64,000 nt of DNA from Vicinamibacterales bacterium. Lineage in GTDB: Bacteria; Acidobacteriota; Vicinamibacteria; Vicinamibacterales; UBA8438. A program made the translations under genes and the position numbers. The stretch's first letter is position 1. Each line of letters begins with the position of its first letter. The stretch spans positions 553,707 through 617,706 of the forward strand of contig OZ241896.1 of NCBI GenBank assembly GCA_965203565.1, read 5' to 3'. The notes beneath the pieces are model-generated. The model did no database searches, was not told the DNA's origin, and saw only the letters and a program-made list of their open reading frames with translations. Shown piece after piece: positions 33,809 to 42,043 of the stretch.

Positions 33809-34322
33809 CGCTCCGCCGCTCGATTCCGAAGCCCTGGTGAACCTCCTTGCCGCGCACGGCGTGGTCTACGTCCTGGTCGGCGGCCTGGCGGCAGTGGCGC
33901 ACGGCGCGGCGCGCGCGACGTTCGACATCGACATCGTGCCGCAGTGGAAACCCGCGAACCTCCGGGCGCTGGCCGATGCGCTGCGCGCCGCGGACGCCCG
34001 CCTCCGCGTCCCCGGCGTCGCCGCGCCGGTGGAGGCGCCTTTGGACGGCGGGACGTTCACCCGATACGAAGTTTCGACGTGGAGGACGAACTACGGCGAC
34101 ATCGACGTCGTCGTCGGGACGCCGACCCGTACGCGGGGGCGTCTCGCATCGTTCGAGCAACTGGCCGCCAGGGCGCACGCGCGTCGGCCGTTCGGCCTGA
34201 CGATCCTGGTGGCTGATCTGAATGACGTCATCGAGTCCAAGGAAGCGCTGGACCGGGAGCCGGACCGGGCGGCGTTGCCCGAACTGAGGCGGCTGCGCGA
34301 TCGGTTGCGCCGTCCGGAATAG
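33795..34322 (+). CDS. Small nucleotidyltransferase-fold protein (pol-beta superfamily)
   Basis: The 175-aa product carries YVLVGGLAAVAHGAARATFDIDIV, which fits the G[GS]x9-13DxD NTase motif. It appears translationally coupled to the HTH gene. Confidence 0.7.
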   Translation: MGDPDAPPLDSEALVNLLAAHGVVYVLVGGLAAVAHGAARATFDIDIVPQWKPANLRALADALRAADARLRVPGVAAPVEAPLDGGTFTRYEVSTWRTNYGDIDVVVGTPTRTRGRLASFEQLAARAHARRPFGLTILVADLNDVIESKEALDREPDRAALPELRRLRDRLRRPE

Positions 34323-34350
34323 CCGCTGCATCGGACCGCCGGTCAGGCTG

Positions 34351-34977
34351 TCAGGCCGCGGCCCGTTCGACGGCCGCGCGCAGATCGGCGTACCGCACCG
34401 CCCCGTCCCGCCGCCGCGGCCCGCGGCGGAACAGGGAACGGAGCGAGCCGAGTCCGATCGTCTTCTGGCCCGGACGCTCGCGGTCCAGGCGCCGCCGGCC
34501 GACGACGTAGAACGTCCACTGATCGACGTCCAGCGGATCGGCGGTGCGCCGGTCCGGGAGCCCCAGCACGCAGAAGACGTAGACGTCCGCCACGCGCCGC
34601 GGCTTGGACAGCACCGTGGTCCGGTTCGTCTCCGGGTCCCAGACCTGCTTCCGCGGGGCGACGTCGAATTCGATGGTCGACGGGCGGTCCTGCCGCCACG
34701 CCTGGACGTACGCCGCGCTCTTCACTTCGATCGTGACGCCCGACCGGGTCCGCAGGTCGAACGCCGCCTGCTCGACGCGCGGCTGGTGCGCCATGCCGAG
34801 CGCGCTCGCCACCAGGAACTCGGCCAGCACGCCGCGCCACGCGTTGCGCAGCAGGTCCGAGTACGACCAGCGCCAGCAGTCGAGCAGCGTCGGCCCGACG
34901 GCCGCGCCGCTCGCGTGGAAAGGTTCATCGCCGGACTTGAGCCCCGGACCGGGGCTCTTTCGCGCCGCCGCCGCCAT
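34351..34977 (-). CDS. Hypothetical PD-(D/E)xK nuclease-fold protein
   Basis: The ATG at 34977 gives a 208-aa product. AEFLV...FDLRTRSGVTIEVKSA fits the E...D...ExK restriction-endonuclease-like motif. The N-terminal extension of the track ORF is repeat-element sequence and is rejected. Confidence 0.55.
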   Translation of the reverse strand: MAAAARKSPGPGLKSGDEPFHASGAAVGPTLLDCWRWSYSDLLRNAWRGVLAEFLVASALGMAHQPRVEQAAFDLRTRSGVTIEVKSAAYVQAWRQDRPSTIEFDVAPRKQVWDPETNRTTVLSKPRRVADVYVFCVLGLPDRRTADPLDVDQWTFYVVGRRRLDRERPGQKTIGLGSLRSLFRRGPRRRDGAVRYADLRAAVERAAA

Positions 34978-35085
34978 GCCGTTCCGAAACGTGCGCCGCG
35001 CCGCCGCCGCCCAGGGGCGGAGCGGAGATCCGGAGCCGGATCCGAAACGGCCCGGCCGCACCGGCGCGCGCGGGCGGATTGTACA

Positions 35086-35203
35086 CAGCCCGTGGCGGAG
35101 GTCCCCGCTGCATTCGAGCGGCGATGCATCCCGCCTGACGGCGTTGTTCGTCGGTTGCGTATGCCCAATATGCGCCCTCCTCACGCCTTGTCCAGGCGGG
35201 CGC
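35086..35203 (+). repeat. TIR element, copy 3 (3'-truncated or diverged)
   Basis: The first ~105 bp match copies 1, 2, 4 and 7. After CCTTGTCCAGGCGGGCGCC the similarity ends, just before the LysR-family gene stop at 35208. Confidence 0.75.
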
Positions 35204-35207
35204 CCCG

Positions 35208-36092
35208 CTACGCCGGCGCGCTCGCCCGCGCCGCTTCGAGGAACTCGGCGGCGGCGTGCGACATCTCGCCCGAGCGCCGGTAGACCAGCCGCACCTGGCG
35301 CGGGAGCCTGAGCTGCCGCACCTTCACCGCGGCAAGCTGCCCGCGCGCGATCTCGGTGCGCGCGCAGCGTTGCGGGAGGAGCGCCACGCCGAGGCCCATC
35401 TCGACCGCGCGCTTGATCCCGTCGAGGCTCGGCAGGCCGATCTGGATGTTGATCGAGGTGTGGCGCTGCTCGTACAGCCGGAGCACGCGTTCGCGGGCGG
35501 GCGACGCCTCGTTGTGGGCAATGACCGTCTGGCGGCCGAACTCCTCCATCGTGATCCGCCGCCGCCCGGCCAGCGGATGCTCCGGGCTGATCAGCATCAC
35601 CAGCTCGTCCTCGCCGAGCGCGAGCGTCCGCAGGCCCCGCTCGCGCGGGGGGAAGGTCAGCACGCCGAAGTCGAGCGACCGGCTGAGCACCTCGCGCGCC
35701 ATCCGCCGCGCCGGGACGCGGCGCACCTCGACCTGCGCGTGCGGGTGGCGCGCGCGGAACCGCTCGACCACCGGCAGCAGCACGTGCACCGCTCCCTCGT
35801 TCGCCCCGATCAGCACCCGCCCGCGCCGCAGGTCCTGGAGCTCGCGGACCGCGCCCTCCGCCTCGTCCTTCAGCCGGGTCAGCCGCTCGGCGTAGTCGAG
35901 CAGCAGTTCGCCGGCCTCCGTGAGCTGGCCCCCCTTCGACGACCGGTCGAACAGCCGCTCGGCGAGCTCCGCTTCGAGCCGCCTGATCGCCTGGCTCACC
36001 GCCGGCTGCGTCCGGTGCAGGCGGGCGGCGGCGCGCGAGAAGCTGCGCTCGGCCGCCACGGCGAGGAAGACCTGGAGCTCGGCGAGGTCCAT
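35208..36092 (-). CDS. LysR-family transcriptional regulator
   Basis: The 294-aa ORF has the N-terminal wHTH MDLAELQVFLAVAAERSFSRAAARLHRTQPAVSQAIRRLE. It is divergent from leuA. Confidence 0.9.
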   Translation of the reverse strand: MDLAELQVFLAVAAERSFSRAAARLHRTQPAVSQAIRRLEAELAERLFDRSSKGGQLTEAGELLLDYAERLTRLKDEAEGAVRELQDLRRGRVLIGANEGAVHVLLPVVERFRARHPHAQVEVRRVPARRMAREVLSRSLDFGVLTFPPRERGLRTLALGEDELVMLISPEHPLAGRRRITMEEFGRQTVIAHNEASPARERVLRLYEQRHTSINIQIGLPSLDGIKRAVEMGLGVALLPQRCARTEIARGQLAAVKVRQLRLPRQVRLVYRRSGEMSHAAAEFLEAARASAPA

Positions 36093-36214
36093 CCGAGAAT
36101 TATAATAAATGCTTATCCAATCGTAATATTTATAATCTTGACTTAGATCGCGCCGGCGCGCGTTAATAGACAGGTGGGCGTGAGTCGATCAGGTCGGTCC
36201 GACCGGGAGGCGCC
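36093..36214. promoter_or_regulatory. AT-rich divergent LysR/leuA control region with T-N11-A dyad
   Basis: ATAA-N7-TTAT lies at 36102-36116 and fits the LysR T-N11-A box. A perfect TATAAT hexamer and a TTGACT hexamer lie nearby. ATGCTT at 36109-36114 matches the half-site repeated at 21-135. Confidence 0.45.
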
Positions 36215-37420
<1,206 letters not shown>

Positions 37421-37484
37421 TTCCGCGCAGTCCCGGCGCAGCAGTATCAACAGCGCAACACCGACAGGATCCCGGCATGACCCG

Positions 37485-38558
37485 ATGAAGGCGACGATTG
37501 CGCTCCTCCCCGGCGACGGGATCGGTCCGGAAGTGATCGACGCGGCGGCGCGCGTCCTCGACGCGGTCTCGGCGCGGTTCCACCACACCCTGGCGCTCGA
37601 GCGCCATCCGATCGGCGGAGCGGCCCTCCGCGCCGGCGAACCGCCCCTGCCCGACGCCACGCGGGCGGCGTGCGCGGCGGCCGACGCCGTGCTGCTCGGC
37701 GCCGTCGGCGACCCGGAGTTCGATCGCGGACCGAGCGAGGGGAGGCCGGAGACGGCGCTGCTCCAGCTTCGCCGCGACCTGGGGGTGTTCGCCAACCTGC
37801 GGCCGGCCCGGGTCTGGCCCGGCCTGGAGGACGGCGGGTCGCTGAAGCCGGAGGTCGTGCGCGGCCTCGACCTGCTGATCGTCCGGGAGCTGACCGGCGG
37901 GCTGTACTACGGCGAGCCGCGCGGCCGGACCGACGACGGCCAGGCCGCGTTCAACACGATGCGCTACACGCGGCCGGAGATCGAGCGGATTGCGGTCGTG
38001 GCGTTCGAGTCCGCCCGGCGGCGGCGCGGCCTGGTGACGTCGGTCGACAAGGCGAACGTGCTGGAGACGTCGCGGCTGTGGCGCGAGGTGGTCACCGAGG
38101 TCGGCGGGCGCTACCCCGACGTGCGCCTGGAGCACCAGTACGTCGACGCGTGCGCGCTGCTGATGGTGTCGAACCCGCAGAAGTTCGACGTTGTAGTGGC
38201 CGGCAACCTGTTCGGCGACATCCTCTCGGACGAGGCGGGCGCCGTGGTCGGATCGCTCGGCCTCCTGCCGTCGGCCAGCATCGGCGGGCGCGGCGGCCTG
38301 TTCGAGCCGGTGCACGGTTCGGCCCCCGACATCGCGGGCCGGAACGCGGCGAACCCGGTGGCCGCCATCGCATCGGCGGCGCTGCTGCTGCGGCACGCGC
38401 TCGGCGCCGAGGCGGAAGCGGACGCGATAGAGCGCGCCATCGGCGGCGCCCTGGCGGACGGCGTGCGCACCGCCGACCTGCTCGGCGGCGGCGCGGGACC
38501 GGCCGCCTCCTGCACCGAGATGACCGGCGCCGTGGTGGAGAGGCTGGACCGCGGGTGA
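37485..38558 (+). CDS. leuB: 3-isopropylmalate dehydrogenase
   Basis: The 357-aa ORF carries IALLPGDGIGPEV...RELTGGLYYG...DKANVL...NLFGDILSDEA...GSLGLLPSAS. Confidence 0.95.
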   Translation: MKATIALLPGDGIGPEVIDAAARVLDAVSARFHHTLALERHPIGGAALRAGEPPLPDATRAACAAADAVLLGAVGDPEFDRGPSEGRPETALLQLRRDLGVFANLRPARVWPGLEDGGSLKPEVVRGLDLLIVRELTGGLYYGEPRGRTDDGQAAFNTMRYTRPEIERIAVVAFESARRRRGLVTSVDKANVLETSRLWREVVTEVGGRYPDVRLEHQYVDACALLMVSNPQKFDVVVAGNLFGDILSDEAGAVVGSLGLLPSASIGGRGGLFEPVHGSAPDIAGRNAANPVAAIASAALLLRHALGAEAEADAIERAIGGALADGVRTADLLGGGAGPAASCTEMTGAVVERLDRG

Positions 38559-41500
38559 CGGCGGCGCCGCGGGCCCGCCGGCGCGGCGGCGTCGCGCGGC
38601 GGGCGCTGTTCGTCTCGTTCGTCCCGGCGTTCGCCGCGACCTGCCTGGCGGGCGCCGCCCGCGGCCAGCCCGCCGCGCAGGACGCCGCGGCCGCGCGGAC
38701 GGCGCGGCCTGCGGCGGTGGCGATAGCCCCGTTCGCGAACCTGTCCGGCAATCCCGCCCATGCCTGGCTCGGGGCCGGCATCACCGAGACGGTCGCGGCG
38801 GACCTCGACCGCATTCCGGCGCTCATGGTCGTCGGCGGCGGCTCGCTGAGCCGCGGCGCGGCCGGTTCCCAGCGCAGCGCGCCGGCGGCGCGCGCCGCGG
38901 CCCGTGCGCTGGGCGCCGCCTGGGTGGTGGCCGGCGGGTTCGAGCAGATCGGCCGGCGGGTCTGGGTGACGGCGCGCATCCTGGACGTCGAAACCGGCGT
39001 CGTCCGCCGGATCGTCACGGTGGACGGCGAGGCCGGCGAGCCGTTCGCGCTTCAGGACCGCATGTCCGGCGCGTTGCGGGACGGGTTCGCGGAGATCCTG
39101 TCCGGCGCCGAAGGCGGCGGCGGGCGGAAAACGGCGGCCGGCGCGCCGGCCGCCGAGGCGCCGCGGGCGGCGACGGACGACGACGCGCTCCCGCCGGATG
39201 ATCCGGCGCGGCCGGCGGGCGCGGCCGGCCGCTCCGCCGATCCTGGTCCAGCCGCTCCGCGGCGGCGGCTCGGCGGCGCGTTCGGAGCGGTCCCGGCGCC
39301 GCCCGGATCGATGCTTCCCGAATCGGCGCTTCCCGACCCGCCGCGGCCGGCGCGCCGGCGTTCCCCGGAGGCGCCGCCTGTGGCGACGTCGCCCGAGGCG
39401 TTCGCGCCGGCGCCGAGCCTGCCGGACGCCGCGGCGTTCGCCGGCGCCGCGGGCGCCCTGGTGATCGACGACGGCGCGCCGCAGTTCGGCGTCGCGGCGG
39501 GCGCCGGGATCCTGACCGGCCGGCCGATGGTTCGGCCGCCGCGCACGCCGGCGCCGCCGACCATCGACGGCCGGCTCGACGACGCCGCGTGGACCCGCGC
39601 GGCGCACATCACGGAGTTCGTGCAGCTCGCCCCGCGCGCCGGCGCGCCGGCCAGCGAAGCGTCCGACGTTTACGTCACCTACGACGGCTCCACCCTGTAC
39701 CTCGGCTTCCACGCGCACTTCTCGGACCCGGAGACGCTGCGGGCGAACCGGAAGGACCGGGACGTGCGGACCGGCGACGACGTGTTCTGGGTGTACTTCG
39801 ATCCGTTCCTCGACCAGCAGCGCGCGTACTCGTTCGGCGTCAACGCCTACGGCGTGCAGCTCGACGCGATCGTCAGCACGCGCAGCGGCGGCGGGTTCGG
39901 CGGCAGGGGCCGGGGCGCCGGCATCCGGCTGCCGTTCGGCGACGCCTCGTGGGACGCCCTGTTCGACAGCGCCGGCCGGATCGTCGCCGACGGGTTCACG
40001 GCCGAGATGGCCATCCCGTTCAAGAGCCTGCGCTATCCGCGGCGCGCCGGCGCCGCGCCGCACCAGTGGGGGTTCCAGGTCGCCCGGCGGATCCCCGGCA
40101 AGAACGAGACGGCGGTATGGGCGCCGGTGACCCGCGAGATCGCCGGCTTCCTGCCCCAGATGGGCGTCATCGAAGGAATGACCGGCCTGTCGACCAGCCG
40201 GAACGTCGAGATCCTGCCCACGTTCACCGCCGTGCAGCTTGGCGCGCTCGACGACGCGGGGAGCTTCGCCGACGACGACGTGCGGCCCGAGGGCGGGGTG
40301 AACTTCAAGTACGGCGTCACGTCGAACCTGACGGCCGACGTGACGTTCAACCCCGACTTCTCCCAGATCGAGTCGGACCGGCCGCAGATCGAGGTCAACC
40401 AGCGGTTCGCGCTGTTCTACCCGGAGCTGCGGCCGTTCTTCCTCGAAGGGGCCGAGATCTTCAACGTCCGCGCGCCGGTGCGGATCGTGCATACGCGCAC
40501 CATCGTCGACCCGCGGTACGGCGCGAAGCTGACCGGCAAGGTCGGCAGGACGACGATCGGCGTGATGTACGCCAACGACGAGTCGCCGGCCGGCCTCGAG
40601 GACGATGACGCCGCGGCCGCCATCGATCCGTCGGCGCAGACGTTCGTCGGGCGGGTGCGGTACGACCTGTACGCCGAGTCGTTCATCGGGGCGACGTTCA
40701 CCGACCGCGAGCTGCTCGGCGGCTTCAGCCGGGTCGCCGGCCTCGACAGCAACTTCCGTCTCGGGAACACCCACGAGATCGGGATACGCGCTTTCGGCAG
40801 CCGGCATCGCGACGTGGAAGGCGTCGAGACGTCGGGGCATCTGCTCAACGCGAACGTCCGGAAGCGGGGGCGGAGCTTCAGCTACCTGCTGGCGGCGTAC
40901 TCGCTCTCGCCGGATTTCAGGACCGACGTCGGCTTCGTATGGCGGACCGACCAGCGGTGGACGTACGGCGAAGTCGAGTACCGGTGGTGGCCCGAGCACT
41001 GGCTCACCCGGTGGGGGCCGCGCCTGCGCTACTCGCGCAGCTACAACTTCGACGGCGTCCTCGAGGACGAGCAGGCGAGCGCGGGCGTCAACTTCGCCTT
41101 CGCCGACGGCATCGACGTGAACGGCGACGTCCGCCGCGACATGGAGCGGTTCGGAGGGATCGACTTCTTCAAGTCCCGCTACCGGTTCTTCGCCGTCGTG
41201 ACCAAGGTGCGCCAGCTCTCGTTCGGCATGGGGGGGAACGGCGGCGACCAGATCTTCTTCGACGAGGAGAACCCGTACCTGGGGCGCGACACCGGCTGGA
41301 GCGGCTTCGCCAACCTGCGCCTGATCCCGCGGCTCGAGTCGCGCATCAACGTCGACACGAACCGGTTCGTCGACGTGCGCGGCGGCGACGCGCTGGTGTT
41401 CGACGTCAACATCTTCCGCACCCTGACGACGTACCAGTTCACCGACCGGCTGCTGCTCCGGAACATCAGCGAGTACAACAGCTTCGACCGGAAGCTCAGC

Positions 41501-41698
41501 CTCAACTTCCTCTTCACCTACCGGGTGAACGCCGGCACCGTCTTCTACGTCGGGTACGACGACCGGTACCAGCAGGCTGACCGCATCGTCCGCGACCGCG
41601 ACGGCGACGGCGTCGACGACCGGTTCTTCCACACCACCGAACTGCGGCGGACGAACCGCGCCCTCTTCACGAAACTGCAATACCTCTTCCGCTACTGA
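38555..41698 (+). CDS. Large secreted protein: TolB-N-like domain, Ala/Pro-rich linker, CBM9/DOMON-like and DUF5916-like barrel (paralogue 1)
   Basis: The GTG at 38555 overlaps the leuB stop as GTGA, and a signal peptide follows. AIAPFANLSGNPAHAWLGAGITETV is the N-domain. IDGRLDDAAWTRAAHITEFVQ and the long beta-rich C-terminus ending KLQYLFRY are also present. Confidence 0.75.
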   Translation: MTAAPRARRRGGVARRALFVSFVPAFAATCLAGAARGQPAAQDAAAARTARPAAVAIAPFANLSGNPAHAWLGAGITETVAADLDRIPALMVVGGGSLSRGAAGSQRSAPAARAAARALGAAWVVAGGFEQIGRRVWVTARILDVETGVVRRIVTVDGEAGEPFALQDRMSGALRDGFAEILSGAEGGGGRKTAAGAPAAEAPRAATDDDALPPDDPARPAGAAGRSADPGPAAPRRRLGGAFGAVPAPPGSMLPESALPDPPRPARRRSPEAPPVATSPEAFAPAPSLPDAAAFAGAAGALVIDDGAPQFGVAAGAGILTGRPMVRPPRTPAPPTIDGRLDDAAWTRAAHITEFVQLAPRAGAPASEASDVYVTYDGSTLYLGFHAHFSDPETLRANRKDRDVRTGDDVFWVYFDPFLDQQRAYSFGVNAYGVQLDAIVSTRSGGGFGGRGRGAGIRLPFGDASWDALFDSAGRIVADGFTAEMAIPFKSLRYPRRAGAAPHQWGFQVARRIPGKNETAVWAPVTREIAGFLPQMGVIEGMTGLSTSRNVEILPTFTAVQLGALDDAGSFADDDVRPEGGVNFKYGVTSNLTADVTFNPDFSQIESDRPQIEVNQRFALFYPELRPFFLEGAEIFNVRAPVRIVHTRTIVDPRYGAKLTGKVGRTTIGVMYANDESPAGLEDDDAAAAIDPSAQTFVGRVRYDLYAESFIGATFTDRELLGGFSRVAGLDSNFRLGNTHEIGIRAFGSRHRDVEGVETSGHLLNANVRKRGRSFSYLLAAYSLSPDFRTDVGFVWRTDQRWTYGEVEYRWWPEHWLTRWGPRLRYSRSYNFDGVLEDEQASAGVNFAFADGIDVNGDVRRDMERFGGIDFFKSRYRFFAVVTKVRQLSFGMGGNGGDQIFFDEENPYLGRDTGWSGFANLRLIPRLESRINVDTNRFVDVRGGDALVFDVNIFRTLTTYQFTDRLLLRNISEYNSFDRKLSLNFLFTYRVNAGTVFYVGYDDRYQQADRIVRDRDGDGVDDRFFHTTELRRTNRALFTKLQYLFRY

Positions 41699-41776
41699 CC
41701 GCCGGCGGACGCGCGGCGCCGCCCGTCTCGGCGCCTCACGGGGCTCCGCCGCGGGCTGGTAACATGTGAGGCTTGG

Positions 41777-41935
41777 CAGCCCGTGGCGAAAGTCCCCGCT
41801 GCATTCGAGCGGCGATGCATCCCGCCTGACGGCGTTGTTCGTCGGTTGCATATGCCCAATATGCGCCCTCCTCACGCCTTGTCAGGCGGGCGCCTCACCG
41901 CTCTCGGCGCCCCGCGGGGATTCCACCACGGGCTG
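41777..41935 (+). mobile_element. 159-bp TIR element, copy 4, TSD TTGG
   Basis: TTGG at 41773-41776 is repeated at 41936-41939. The copy lies between the two tandem DUF5916-like paralogues. It carries GCATAT instead of GCGTAT in hairpin 3. Confidence 0.85.
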
Positions 41936-42043
41936 TTGGCCCATCATCCGGCGCCCCCGCTGCTGCGGGGACGCCGCGCCGCGCACCCTGCCGCAACTGG
42001 TCGGCCCTGCATTCCGCGCCCGGTCCGCGGCGGACGCGCCGCC

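Noticed and set aside
36111-36119. The DnaA-box-like TTATCCAAT in the lysR/leuA spacer.
   Set aside because: It is a single imperfect box (7 of 9) inside an AT-rich promoter, which is expected by chance.
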